Shown: positions 1 through 13,488 of the stretch, one piece after another
Position numbering within the stretch: the stretch's first letter is position 1
Layout of the letters: each line of letters opens with the position of its first letter
NCBI GenBank assembly: GCA_000388065.2
Contig: KB932203.1
DNA: 64,000 nucleotides
Reading direction: 5' to 3' (one strand)
Source: Fonticula alba ATCC 38817
Lineage: Eukaryota > Protista > Nucleariida
Position numbers and translations under genes: made by a program
Notes under the pieces: model-generated
What the model was told of the DNA's origin: nothing
The model's database searches: none
Seen by the model: only the letters and a program-made list of their open reading frames with translations

Positions 1-56
1 CCCCCCCCCCGCACAGACACACACCACCACATACATATATATATACGCTCAGCCCC

Positions 57-3000
57 ATGACCTCTCCTCCGTCCGGTGGCCAGAGCCACCTCCTGCAGGT
101 GGGCGTGCCCAACTTGATCCTTGTGCCGAAGAAGCGCGGCGAGAAGGCCCCCATGTCGAATGAGCTGCGCAAGTACGTCAAGAAGACCTACTTCACGCAG
201 GACACCGTGCCGCACCCGTCGCTGCTGGCCACCACGATCCCGCCGCCCGGGAGTGTGGACCCGCTGGGCCGGCCGGCCGGCGCGGCGGGCACCGCCACCG
301 CCACCGCCACCGCCGGCAAGCCCCGGTACACCTCCATGGACGAGGTGGCCATCGACCAGGACATCCTGCAATTGGAGTCCCTGCGCGAGCATCTGGTCCT
401 CGGGACCGCCTACAATGCGGTGGTGCACCAGGCGGCCGAGGCTCCGGCCGGCGGCGGTGCCAGCGATGTGGTGGCCGATCGCCACATCGAGTACATGTTC
501 CAGCTGTCGCACGCGGCTCGGCGCTTCCCGGTCAACGAGAATAGCATCAAGCTGTCCTTTGTGTGGTGCCTGTCGCTGAACAACAAGAAGAAGTACGCCA
601 TGACCAGCATGCATTACGAGCGTGCGGCCATCATGTTCAACCTCGGCACGCACTATGCCCAGGTGGCGTGCACCGCGCTGGCGGACGTGACCCCGGCCGC
701 CACCGGCGCCGGCGGCTTCTCCCAGAGCGTCTCCAACACGGCCCTGTTCGGGGCCCTGCGCGACGCGTGCCACTCGCTGCAGGTACGCGTCTTTCTTGTC
801 TCCCTCTCTCTCTCTCTCCCTCTCTCTCTCGGCTCCCTGCCGCCCTTGGGCTCGCTTGCGCCCTCGGCGTTGGGCCAAGTGTGTGATCTTGGCTTTGCCC
901 TGCCCGGCGTTTGCTCACCTCCCATTTCCCCCGGCGTCCGCCTCCCCTCCCCTCCCGCCCGGAAACCCGGCGGCATGGCGTCCCTGTGTTCCTCGCCCGG
1001 TGTGTTCTGCGGGGGGGGGGGGAAAAAACCCACAGCAAGCTGCCGGGGTCTTCGAGGAGTTGTCCGACTACTCCGCCCGGTATCTGCCCTCCTCGCCGGC
1101 GGGCGATCTGTCGCGGCACTTCACCGGGGCCTTGGCTCGGCTGTGCCTGGCCCAGGCGCACGAGTGCGTTGCCCGGCGGTCGGTCATTGAGGAGTACAAC
1201 TCCGAGCAGTCGGCCACCGCCGGCGGAGCAGCCGACACGGCCCCCTCTCGCCGGGCGGCCAGTGCCGCCACTCTGGTCACCAAGCTCCTGTCCACGGCCG
1301 GGGCCCTGTACGACGAGGCCACCGACTGCCTGCGCGAGGCGAAGAACGCCTACAAGGACCTGTCGCCGACCATCCAGGAGTGGATCACCTTCACCTCCAT
1401 GAAGGCCCTCATGTACCACGCCTGGGCCCAGTGGCGTCTGTCGGTGGTGGACCGCAATGCGGAGCGGGTGCGTGCCCCCAACACCGAGCCCCGCCGGTGT
1501 GGCTGCCCGCCTGCTCGGCCGCCAAGTGTCGGCGTCTGCCGATCGCTCCGCCTCCCTTTGCCCATCTGACACACTTGACTCGCGCTTGCCTGCTTGCTTG
1601 CTCCCTGCGCCTCCGCCGCCCTTTTGCGGCATGTCGCGCCCCCGGTGGCAGATCGGCCCCGAGATCGCCCGGCTCAAGGTGGTCGTCGAGCACCTGAACA
1701 TGCTGAACAAGATTTCCAAGTCCAGCCCCTCGCCCTCGCTGTCGTCCATCACCTCGCTCTCTGGGCTGGCCAGCCTCAGTCTGTCCGGCACGCCGTCGGC
1801 ACAGTCGCCCCTGGGCATGCTGACGGCCGAGGCCAAGAAACTCCTGGCCATGGCGTCCGATCGCCTGGTCTCGGCCGAGAAGAACAACAACCTGGTTTAC
1901 CACGACCCGGTGCCCGAGAATGTGCACAAGCTGGATGAGGGCCGTGACGACCGGATCTCCATTGTCCGCGCGGCCCAGCTGGCCAGCGTGCCGCCCACCG
2001 TGAAGCCGCTGTTTGAGAAGGTGCGTCAAAGTGTGCCGGTCTGCGTCGGCTTGTCATTTTCGCTGCGGCTCCCCCTCTCGCTCCTGCTCGCTGGGCGTGT
2101 GTGGCCCTCTTTCGGATGGGGGCCCCCTGCCACTCGGTCTCCCGCTCTCTCTCTCTCTCTCTCCCTCTCTTTCTCTCTCTCTCTTTCTCTCTCTCCCTTT
2201 GTATCGCTCCCTCCCGCGCACATACTCACACATGCACATGTGTGTAGCTCGTCTCTCCCCTGGTCAATGAGGCGGTCCTTCGGTATACCGCTCTCAAGAA
2301 TGAGAAGATCAATGCCGAGGCCGGTCGTCTGGCTGAGGCTACTCGCTCCATGGGCCGGTACGTGGGTGGTGCCTGATCTTCTCCCGGAGGGAGGCAGCCC
2401 GACTTTTGCCCTTGCCTGCGTGCCCCATGTGCCAATGTGTGTGTCTCTGACAAGTGAGCAACAAAAAAAAATGGTCCCCCCACCGCCACTCAGCACTATC
2501 GCCGAGCTGAACCTTTCCTCGCTGCTGCACCTGAACTCCAACAGCGACCCCTCGCAGGTTATTCCCACCGCCCTGCTGGAGCAGTACGTCGCATGCCAAC
2601 GTCGCTCTCTCTCTCTCTCTCTCTCTCGCCATTCCTTCCTTGTGGCAAATCCCGGAGCATGTGTATGCTTACTAACTCATATGGGCATCATTCTTCAGGG
2701 CACGGCAGATTCGCAACTCGGGCGGTGCCGCTGGCCTGGAGGAACGCTGGGTCAACCTCGGAAAGATGTCCGCCTCTTGCCGGAAGATTCTCAACGACGT
2801 GCGCTCCTCCTCGATCCCCCCCCCCCCACACACACACACATAGGCATACGCATACGCATACACACACACACACATATATATATATATGCCCATTGGTTCA
2901 ATATCTGACCTGCATCCCCCCCCCCCCCTCGCCTCGCCTCGCCTCGACTGCGTCAATGCCCGCGCCAATCCCCATAGGCTCTTGCCCAGCTGGATGAGGA

Positions 3001-4669
3001 GGAGCGCTTCTCGCAGAACCTGCGGCACATGCATCCGACGCGCTACACGGCGGCCCCGTCGAGCGCGCTGACCGTGCGCCTGCGCGAGGAAATTCGCGAT
3101 CGCATGTCTCTTCTGGACCGCGTGGCGGCCAGTGACAAGATCGTGCGCGAGCGCATCGACGCCGCCCGGCCGAAGATGCACATCATCGGCCGCGATGAGC
3201 AGGAGCTGCTGGCCTCGGTTCCCGGGTCTCGTGGCCAGCGAACCACTGACGCCTCCCAGAGCAGTGGCATTTCCGAGCTGCAGGTAAGTGTCCCCCCCCC
3301 CCCCCCCTCCCCCCCTTCATCCTTCTTTCTCCCCTCTCCTTCTTCCCATGCTTCGATCCGCTCCGAGATTGCACCCTGGTGTGGGAGCATGTATGTGGGA
3401 TTCTTGCTGACAAGCACCACGTCCCCCTCCCCCTTGCATGGCCTTAGGCTCTGGTCGATCAGCATCAGCATATTCGCGCGACCCACAACAGCCTCATGCA
3501 GAAGATCCTCGACACCATGGATTCCGACGATCCGTGTACGTGCTTGAATGTGTGCATGTTCTAACAGAGAGAGAGAGAGGGGGGGGGGGGGGAGGAATAA
3601 GGACGCAGGTCAGGTCTGGGACCCCTTGGTCAATGACTGCGACATATGACTGACCACCAGACACACACATACACACACACGTACAGACCCCTCTCTGGCC
3701 GATGCCGATCGTGCCAGCAACATCGACAACATCAGCCCGCTGATGGCCATGCTGGAGACCCGCCTGGACCAGACGTACGCCGGACTGATTGAGAACATCA
3801 ACCAGGAAATTGCCGCCACGGCCCGCTACTGCGAGTCGCTGAAGGACGCGCACAGTCGGTACACGGCCGCCGCCGGGCCGCTGCATCAGACGCGCGATCC
3901 GCTGCAGGTCTTCCTCCAGGACCTGGAGGCGGCCTGCTCCACGGTCAGCGTGCGCGAGGACATCGACAGCGGCTTGCAGTTCTATTCGGAGCTGGACCCG
4001 CTGGTCCGGCGCCTGGCCAGCACCATCGGCGACTATGTGGTCGGCCGGCATATGGAAGCTCGGGAGATGATCGGCCACGATGTGCCGGGTCTGCCGGCGG
4101 CCGGCGGCGGGTCGGCCGGCGGCGGGGCCCCGCATGGTCAGTCGCCCTACCAGCAGCCGCAGCCGCAGCAGCACCAGACCCCTGCGACCGGGGCCCCGGG
4201 AGGTGGCTACCCGCAGCATGGCCACCAGCAGCCGCCGCAGCAGCCTGCTCCCTATCAGTCGACCCCGTATCAGCAGCAGCCGGCCCAGCAGCAGCAGCAG
4301 CAGCAGCAGCAGCCAGTTGGGCCTGGGCATTACGCTCCCGCGGGCCCCGGTGGGTACCCCGGGCAACAGCAGCCTGCCGCCCCGCAGCAGCCGTATGGCC
4401 CGCCGGGTGGCGGCCACTACGGCGCCGCCCCGAGCCCGTATGGGCCCCCGGCCGCTGGCCATCCGTATGCTGGTGCCCCAAGCCCGTACGGCGCCCCGCA
4501 GCCGGGCGGTCCCCCGCCGTCTGGGCACTATGGCGGTGGTTACCCTGGCAGCGCCGGCACTCCGGGCGCCAACATCCCCTATGGCGCCATCCCGCACAAC
4601 CCCTATGGCCCGCCCCCGGCACAGGTGTATCCTGGTGGCGGCTACCCCAACCAGCCCAACCGCTATTGA
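57..4669 (+). CDS. BRO1: BRO1-domain / ALIX-like ESCRT adaptor (Bro1 domain, V domain, Pro/Gln/Tyr-rich tail), about 9 exons
   Basis: Bro1-like segments (YERAAIMFNLG, QAAGVFEEL, LAQAHECV, GPEIARL, NNLVYHDPVP) join in frame across GT-AG introns 783-1035, 1468-1651, 2021-2247, 2358-2493 and others. The last exon encodes a PGY/PYG-rich tail that ends in TGA at 4669. Confidence 0.9.
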
Positions 4670-5395
4670 ATGAGTCCCTCTCCTCCCATGGCCGAGGGTC
4701 AGTGTCGGTGTGGGTGTATGTACGGAGTCAGAAGTCGCACGCGGGGAGAGACAGAGGGAGCAAGGCGGCTGAGCAGCAGAGCATGCACGTGGCCCATTTG
4801 CGAGAGGTGGCGGCCTCTTCCGGACCCTCCTTCCCATCCCGCTGCCCCCCTCTCCTCCTGTCTTCTTCTCTCTGCAGAACATCCCGCCTTGCCCTTTCTA
4901 GCGGACCACTTCTCCCTCTCGCCCTCCCTCCGATGGTGACTCCCCTGCCGCTTCCCGGCAGGGGGGATGAACATCGCGCCCTACATGGGAAGGGGCTGCT
5001 CGCGGGGACCGTGCTGTCGGACCTGCACATACTATCAACAATAAAAAGCTACTCAATTATCGAGAGGATGATGCAGGGGAGAGGGGAGGAGGGGGGGGGG
5101 GGGGCAGGCTCATGGGTAGGCGCCCCTCCTTTTCGGGTGCCCCATGTGCGGAGCACTGAGGAGAGCGGGGAGGAGGGCGAGAAGAGGGACAAAGGTGGAT
5201 GGTGCGCGTGCGGTGAAGGATGGCAAGGGAAAGGGGGCACGGGCCGAGAACTGAATGGGTCTGATTTTATTGTTGGAGATCTATGGTGCACAGGAGTGGA
5301 GGGTGAGGAAGGGGCAAAGGAGGCTGTCGCGTAAGAGTCATCCCTGACACGTTGAGGGGGGGGGGGGGGGGGCGCAAGAACAAGAAGTGGCCCTC

Positions 5396-7434
5396 TCAAT
5401 CGTTCTTCGGGCGGATGCGCAGGGCCTGGATGCCGAGGTAGCCGCAGAAGGCGTTGACCACGCGAACAGCCGAGTACACGTAAAGCAGCACATGGAGAAC
5501 GGCGAAGAGAACGATCATCTGCGACTCGGTGGTCGCATCCCAGAAGGGCTCGCTGAAGAAGGGGGAAAGTCAGTTACGCTGGCGCGGGAGGGGAGGCTGG
5601 CCGGCCGGGGGGAGACCGGATCGCAAGCAGGAAGACCAATGGTGTGCACGCACAGGCCGAACAGCTGCATGGAGAAGGTGTTGACGAAGAGAACAAGCAG
5701 CGGGATGTACTGGACCGTGGCCCAGGGGAAGGGCTGGCGGGTGACATACGCCTGGGTGATCTTGGACTGGGGTGGATGAGAGGGCAGGGGGGGCGAGTGA
5801 GGGGTTTGCACATGGTGCGAAGCAGCGGGCGAACGAAAGACCGGGGCGGAACGTACAGCATGGCGACCGAACGCGATGCCGGCCATGAGCACGAAAGACA
5901 CCGCATTGTTGACGATGATGCGCTGGTCATTGGCAAATGCGATGGAGAAGACCAGCACGAAGTACACAAGCATGGGAATGATCCCGAGCAGGGCCCCGGC
6001 GGAGCTACGGCCCTTGGCGGCATAGTGCCGACGGATGTTGGACACACTGAGTCGGGGGACGGGGGACGGGGGGGCACACGGGACGCCAGGGAGGTCAACC
6101 AGCGTCAATACACACGACGGCGGCGGCGGTGGCGGCGGCGGCATCAGAAGGAGGCAGGAGGAACCCAGAGACGAGGCAAGGCGCAGGCGCAGACATCGGA
6201 AGAGGCGAGGGGGGAAAGAAGCCCCAGTGACAGCACGCACCTCAGGGGGAGCTGGATGACAATGATCAGGGTGAAGAGGAAGAGGAACATGACATCGGTG
6301 AAGGCAGGCCCGGCCTCCGGGTCGCCGTACTCGAAGGCGTTCGAGACGCCGGCCCAGAACTGACCGATGGCGTTCTTCGAGTCCCACCAGCCGCCAGGCA
6401 GGAACTGCGAGATCGGCAGCGTCCAGATCGCCGTTCCGAAAACCCCAGACAGGGCAATCAGCAGCGTGGCCATGATGTTCCCCTCAGTCGGGCCGTTAAT
6501 GTAGCCCAGGTACAGCACGCCGGTGTGGTACTCCTCCCAGGTGGACAGATAGAAGGGGCCCACGGCTTCGAGCAAGGGAGAAGGGGGGAGGTTAGTGGAG
6601 GACAGAGAGAGAGAGAGAGAGGGAGGGAGGGAGGAAAAGGGGGGACAGCGGAAAGGGATGCTGCGTGCGTGCATATGCAGCGCAAGCCAAGTGACGCCGC
6701 ACGGCGACCCATGCGCCGCCAGCAGCTGCCAAGACAAGGCGCGACCGAACGTACTCAGCAGTAGCAGGGCCACCGTGCGCCAGGTGAAGCCGAGGCCCAT
6801 GGCCGCAGCCTGGACAATGGCACCGAAGGAGCAGTTCAGCGCATCGACACCATGATCGAAGAGCTCACCAAGGGGCGAAGAGGACCCAGTCCGGCGGGCC
6901 TGGCGGCCGTCCACATTATCGAGAGTCTGGTATAGGTGCAGGGCAGCGGCGAAGCTATTTCCCGGTGTGTCAGTCCGCATGGGCAAGCAAGTGAGGGGGC
7001 TTGGAAGGAAGGGTGGACATACAAAAAGTACACCCACTGGAAGGCGCTGTTCTCCTCCAGGTCAGGGAAGAGGAGGAAGGTCAGCAGCAGGCTGACGATG
7101 ATGGCGCTGAATCCGAGCAGGGTGATCAGGTTGGGGCTGTGTGTGTGTGTGTGTGTGAAGGGAAGGAGGGAGCAGGGAGATGGAGGTTGCAGGTCAGTGC
7201 CGGCGGGAGAATACAACAGGAGCGGAGGAGAACCGATCTTGGCCGAAGGAGGGGGGGATGCGGAACGCACGCCATCCACATGGGGAAGAGGGTGGCAGCC
7301 CAGTCCCAGTAGGGCTTCATCACATATTTTGTCACCGGGGACTTGTCCACGGCGCCATACTTGTATGAATCCAGGCCCTTGAGGGCCTCCGGGTGGATGC
7401 CCAGATCGAGCATGCCCTGGGGAAGCAATCGCAT
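5396..7434 (-). CDS. EPT1: Choline/ethanolamine phosphotransferase (CDP-alcohol phosphatidyltransferase), multi-exon
   Basis: The CDP-alcohol motif YQTLDNVDGRQARRTGSSSPLGELFDHGVD is present. So are YKYGAVDKSP, PNLITLLG, TWEEYHTGVLYLGYINGPTEG and several TM segments. Confidence 0.92.
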
Positions 7435-7764
7435 GGCGGGATGGGGGGGGGGCGAGGAGCGGCGGGGATGCGAGGAAACAGCAAAAATACAAGGAGCGAG
7501 GAGTGCGGCTGAGGGATGCGAACGTGCCGTCGAGCACCAGGGCAAGCCATAAAGGGCCGATCGACGGGTGTTGAGGGAGGGGGGAGCGGGGGGAAGGTGG
7601 TGGAGGGGCGCAACACCGCCACGCAGACGCAGATCCCGCCGGGGGAGGTGGCGCGGGGGAGAGAACTGGGGCAGAGGTGGGGGGTCAGCTGGCGCGCATG
7701 CTCGCGCGCCCGGTCGCGGCGTCACTCGCATGGTGGTCGGCCGCGCCCCGGGGTGCCTCGCCCC

Positions 7765-7802
<38 letters not shown>

Positions 7803-8715
7803 CGCATGCCGGTGGCCAAGGTGGGGCGGTTTCTTCCGGCCGTGCGTGTTCGACCGGTGCCAGGCAATTTCCAGGATGGCGGTCGGCGCGCGCGCGCCGC
7901 CCCTGGGAAAATGTGCCGGCCGCGGTGAAAATGGCCGACCTGCCAACGGGGCAGTCGCGCTGCCCCTGGCCACCTTTGTGACACCCGCCGGACGGGCCTG
8001 CTTCGCGGCCCGGGCGCGGGGGGCCGGGAGCGCAGGGCGCACGGGGCTCTGGGGGTCGCTGCGCGGGCGCAGCAGCATGATGACCCCTTTGGGCGGTGCG
8101 GTGCGGCGCGGCGCGGTGCGGTGCGGCGCGGGGCCCAGGCCCGGGCGGGGAGGGCGCGGATCTGCTCCTCAAACGCCCAGGCAAGCGGATGGGACGCACA
8201 GCCCCGCCTCCCTGCCCGGGTCCCGGGGACGGGTGAAGAGACAGGCCCAGCAAAGCACCATCCCCCTCGGCCGGGACAGGGCATGCCGCCAGCCGGGCCG
8301 TATATATGTCGCGCTCAATAAAATACGCCGGCTTTTTCCGCACTAGCGCGGGGCCGGAGTCGGAGCCCGATCGGCCCGCTCCCCCCCCCCCCCCCCCNNN
8401 NNNNNNNNNNNNNNNNNNNNNNNNNNNNNNNNNNNNNNNNNNNNNNNNNNNNNNNNNNNNNNNNNNNNNNNNNNNNNNNNNNNNNNNNNNNNNNNNNNNN
8501 NNNNNNNNNNNNNNNNNNNNNNNNNNNNNNNNNNNNNNNNNNNNNNNNNNNNNNNNNNNNNNNNNNNNNNNNNNNNNNNNNNNNNNNNNNNNNNNNNNNN
8601 NNNNNNNNNNNNNNNNNNNNNNNNNNNNNNNNNNNNNNNNNNNNNNNNNNNNNNNNNNNNNNNNNNNNNNNNNNNNNNNNNNCCCCCCTCCTCCCTCGCT
8701 GCTCTCCACTCGACC

Positions 8716-9646
8716 ATGACCGAGTCAACTGCCACACCGTCGCCCCTCACCGTCCTCCGGTCTCCCAACGGGTACGCTGCTCCGAGTCTCGCCCTGCGCC
8801 TATCCTGCCCGGTGCGCCCTTCCCTTACGCGCCATCTCCCCTCCCGGGCCCCCTCCTCCCGGGCCCCTTTGCGGCTTTCTGCTCGCCAGACATGTTGAGT
8901 GGCACCCCGGAACCGTGCCAATCGTCATCTGCGTACCGCATGATGGCCAGCAGGAGGCCGACCATCTCCCCGACCGGCCGCGAGGTATGCCCTGTCCATT
9001 GCCCTGCTGCATTTCCCCTGCTGTCCCTGACCCCCCCCCCACCCCCCCACCCCCCCCATTCACCCGCCCTTCCTCTGCGGACAGGCGTGCACGAGCCCGA
9101 TCGGAACACCCGCGCCGCGGCCCTGGCCATCTCGGAATCCTTCCGGAATAGCCGCAAGATCGCGGCCTTCTTCTTCGGCGAGGCCGTCACCGACCAGCAG
9201 CAGGCCGTGCCGCATTTGATCATCTCCAATCTCCCCCGGTCCAAGCTCGACCCGAATCGCAGCATCGGCGAGGTATGCACCCCCCAGCTCGAGGCATCCT
9301 CCCCCCTCCTGAGGCAGATGTCCTGCCCGTGGGCTTTGTCTGNNNNNNNNNNNNNNNNNNNNNNNNNNNNNNNNNNNNNNNNNNNNNNNNNNNNNNNNNN
9401 NNNNNNNNNNNNNNNNNNNNNNNNNNNNNNNNNNNNNNNNNNNNNNNNNNNNNNNNNNNNNNNNNNNNNNNNNNNNNNNNNNNNNNNNNNNNNNNNNNNN
9501 NNNNNNNNNNNNNNNNNNNNNNNNNNNNNNNNNNNNNNNNNNNNNNNNNNNNNNNNNNNNNNNNNNNNNNNNNNNNNNNNNNNNNNNNNNNNNNNNNNNN
9601 NNNNNNNNNNNNNNNNNNNNNNNNNNNNNNNNNNNNNNNNNNNNNN

Positions 9647-9683
<37 letters not shown>

Positions 9684-10974
9684 CTCCGCTCCGCTCAACC
9701 TCCCCTGGCTACTTGCCTGCCTGCTTGCTCGCCCGCCCCGGCCGGGGGTGCCCATTGGATGCGCGTGCGCAGGCGGCCCAGGGTCTGCCGGACGCCAGCC
9801 GCGCCTGGTATGCCTACCACTCGTACATCGAGCGGGCCAAGCAGCTGGCCTACCGCCAGACGCTGTCCCTGTGCTCGGCGTCGCCGGCCGCGCGGCTGCA
9901 TCTGGCCCGCGGCATTGGGCCCTGCTGGCCGCCACGCGTGCTGCTGATCGACCTGCATGGGCAGTCGCATCCGGAGGACTGGCTGGAGGTGGGATACTGC
10001 ATCCCGGCACACGGCCTGCGGGACATCCGGCAGGCGTCCCTCACAGCGGCCACCCCCGAGGCCAGCCCCTTCCGGCTGTACCATCTGTTGGACATAGTGC
10101 GCAATACGTCGGTCCGCGCAGCCATCGAAGATGAGTGCCTGGCCACCGCCATCGAGACCATCATCGATCGGAACCACCACTCGGATCTGTGCCCGGAGAG
10201 TGTCCAGGCCACCGCCAAGCGGATTTGGTGCCTGCTCGGCGGCTGCCGGTCCCTCGGGTCCCACATCGCTGCGCGCGGCTGGCGCGCGGTTCCCTCACTG
10301 GAAGATGCCCTGCCCTTTGGCAAGGCTCCGGCCAAGACCGGGGCCGGTGTCGAGCCGGCCACCCCGCCTGCCATGACGGTGGCCATGGGGCCGGCCGGGC
10401 TATCCCCCTCGGATCCCCCGCTCCCCGGGGTGCCGTGCATGTCCGGCGGCACGCCCACCACCACGTGCAACTACTTCTTCGGCGGCTACACCTCCATCCG
10501 CCATGGGTCCATGTCCTCGCCCTCGCGCGCATCCCGGTGCTCCTTCTCCCGGCCAGGGCTTGACGGGCTGCCGCAACAGCCCCTCGCCGAGGGGGAAGCC
10601 ATCGACCGGTCGCACAACATCAGCTGCGTGTCCGTGTGCGATGCCTACCAGGTGGAATTGTCGCCGCGCTGCCGCGACCCGAGCAACATCGCCAACTTCA
10701 GTCGAGATTTTTCGTTCGGTGCGTTTCAGGCATTCGCCCCGTTCCCGGGAGCCGGGCGGGGGGGGGGGGGGGGCCTCTCTTCCGCTTTCTTTTTTTCCCA
10801 CCCGGGCGCCCCCCTTTGACCGGCATGTGCCCCGGGACCCTCTCTAACACGCGACGGTCTATCCCAGCTGTGGCGGAGTTCTACGCCAAAAACTACCTGT
10901 CGCCCTCCTTCAACCTGGTGGACGAGAAATGCCGCTGCCCGACCGGCGGGCCGGAGCCTGTCACCGGCCAGTGA
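8716..10974 (+). CDS. N-formylglutamate amidohydrolase-like Zn hydrolase, interrupted by a gap
   Basis: Spliced exons give PIVICVPHDG, EPDRNT, PHLIISNLPRSKLDPNR, AWYAYHSYIE, LLIDLHGQSH-LEVGY, YFFGGY and YQVELSP-CR. This matches the motif order I recall for the FGase-like family. Confidence 0.7.
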
Positions 10975-11932
10975 GCACCCGGGGGGGGGTCTCCTTCTCC
11001 CATCTGGCCGCCAGCAGAGCTGGTCCGGGGCGTCGTCCCATTCTTCCAGGGCGCCTTCCCCGAGGTGAATGGATGCCCCTCTCTCTCTGTCGCCGTGTGT
11101 GTGTGTGTTGTGCGTCTTTTTCCGCGTCAACGTGTCTAGCCGTGCATTATTCGGTCCCAGACAGAAAAAAAGACAGACCAAGGAACAAGGAGAAGAGGGG
11201 ACCAGCGGGCACAGGCTTGGGAGGGAGTCGGTGGCAGCGCGAGCCCCGCACCAGCGATGCTGATTCTATCAATGTAGTTCTATCGTTGAAGATCCATGAT
11301 CGGCGCGTCTAGTGCTGGAATGGCGTTGTCTGGTCATGCTCCATTGTCCTTTTAACTCTCTTTTCACGTGCCCACGGTCGGCCTATCCATGTGGAACCAT
11401 CGAACGGCAGCCCGCGCGTTGCTCCAGCCCCGGCGGTGCTTTGAGGAGTGGGGGGCGGGGGCGGGGGCGGGGGCGGGAGTGGGGGGGGGACGGGGNNNNN
11501 NNNNNNNNNNNNNNNNNNNNNNNNNNNNNNNNNNNNNNNNNNNNNNNNNNNNNNNNNNNNNNNNNNNNNNNNNNNNNNNNNNNNNNNNNNNNNNNNNNNN
11601 NNNNNNNNNNNNNNNNNNNNNNNNNNNNNNNNNNNNNNNNNNNNNNNNNNNNNNNNNNNNNNNNNNNNNNNNNNNNNNNNNNNNNNNNNNNNNNNNNNNN
11701 NNNNNNNNNNNNNNNNNNNNNNNNNNNNNNNNNNNNNNNNNNNNNNNNNNNNNNNNNNNNNNNNNNNNNNNNNNNNNNNNNNNNNNNNNNNNNNNNNNNN
11801 NNNNNNNNNNNNNNNNNNNNNNNNNNNNNNNNNNNNNNNNNNNNNNNNNNNNNNNNNNNNNNNNNNNNNNNNNNNNNNNNNNNNNNNNNNNNNNNNNNNN
11901 NNNNNNNNNNNNNNNNNNNNNNNNNNNNNNNN

Positions 11933-12992
11933 CCCCCTGCGGTGGCCCCCGGTGGCCCTGGCGGCTCCGCCGGCGGCCCTGGTGGCCCCCCCGGTGGTCC
12001 CCCCCCTGATGGTCCCCCCCCCGGGATTGTCGGTGCGCCCCCCCTTGCCCCCCCCCTATCCCCCCCCCTCCCCGCCCCCCCCCCCCCCCCCGGCTTCCAA
12101 CTAACTGGCCCTTCCCCTCCTGACCGGCACTCGCTCGTCCATGTGCGCAGAGGCTCTGGTGTCTTCCGCCACCAGTGCGAGGGCGAGCTCGTTCTCAAGC
12201 TCACCAACGAGAAGATCCCCTACTTCAACGCCCCCATCTTCCTGAACAAGGACACCCAGGTTGGCAAGGTTGAGGAGATTTTCGGCCCGATCAACGACGT
12301 GGTGCGTGGATCACGCATTCCCCTTCTGTCCTGCCCGCCTCCCCCTGCCGAGCAGGAGGGAACACACCAATCATCCCGCCCTTCGTCCTGACATGTGCAC
12401 ACCCTTCTCTCGCCCCCCTCCCCTTTCGCTCCCTCTTGCGACAGTTCTTCACCGTCAAGCTGCAGCCCGGCTTCGTTGCCTCCTCCTTCAAGGTTGACGA
12501 CAAGCTCTTCATCGGCTCCGACAAGCTCCTTCCTCTGGCCCGCTTCCTGCCGCAGCCCAAGCCCGCCGGCAAGGTTGCCCGCCCGGCTGGTGGTGCTCGC
12601 GGCGGCGGTCGCGGTGGTGCCCGTGGTGGCTTCGGCGGCGGTCGCGGTGGCGGCTTCGGCGGCGGTCGTGGCGGTGGCTTCGGCGGTGGCCGCGGTGGCG
12701 GCTTCGGCGGCGGTCGTGGCGGTGGCCGCGGTGGTGGCTTCGGCGGCGGCCGCGGTGGCGGCTTCGGCGCCCGTGGTGGTGGCTCTTTCCGTGGTGCGTC
12801 CACCGCTCTGCTTTCTCCTCGGGGCATCCCGCCTGTGTGGTCTCCCTCCTGCTTCTTTATCTCCCCCTCTCTCTCCGTCGGCCGCGCGCCCCCACACCTT
12901 CTGACATCCCTGTCCCTATGCGAATGTGCTCTCTCTCTCTCTCTCCCTCTCCTCCATCTGCCTATCTCTGGGCTGAAACAGGCCGCTCTTAA
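11933..12992 (+). CDS. GAR1: H/ACA snoRNP subunit Gar1; the 5' end is in a gap or in low-quality sequence
   Basis: Core [40 protein letters not shown]...FTVKL...[19 protein letters not shown] is followed by [10 protein letters not shown] repeats. A mini terminal exon at 12982-12992 ends GRS*. Confidence 0.93.
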
Positions 12993-13488
12993 GGAAGAGG
13001 TGTTCATCCGTAGCGCCCACAAAAGAAAACCCGAGCGACGACACGCATTTCATCATCCCCACATGCTATGTGCATCGCCAGGATTCGCGCGCGGGCCCTC
13101 TCCCCCCTGACAAATCCCCATTTCCATGCAAAAAAGACCGGGCGAGGGGGGGTACCTGTTCTCCCTGCCCCACCCCCCTTCTCGCCTCTCTTCCTGCAAG
13201 AGGCTGGCCTGCTCCCGCGTCGCACATCGCCACGTGCAAGCAATACTCCGTCCATCGCCCACGCGGTCGGACCCCCACCCGCATGCTCACCCTGCACTGC
13301 CGCCCTATTCTCCGCCTGCGCTCGGTCCCTGAGGCCCATCTCTGTCCTGCCTTTTTTTTTTCACGCTCTGACCACAGATTCGCCCCTCCTCCCCTCTCCT
13401 CCCCTCTCCTCCTCTGTCCTCCTTTCTCCCCCTCCTCCCCCCCCCCATCACAGACTAGGTCTCAGGTGCATACCCCTCTCCAAGCAAA

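Noticed and set aside
5380-5398. EPT1 TGA stop as selenocysteine (as in vertebrate SELENOI)
   Set aside because: No SECIS-like element is visible downstream and no Sec-context extension follows the TGA.
11251-11320. AT-rich island with CCAGC/GCTGG ends as a snoRNA
   Set aside because: Box C and D candidates do not form a kink-turn, and the partial LSU complementarity is not followed by a D or D' box.
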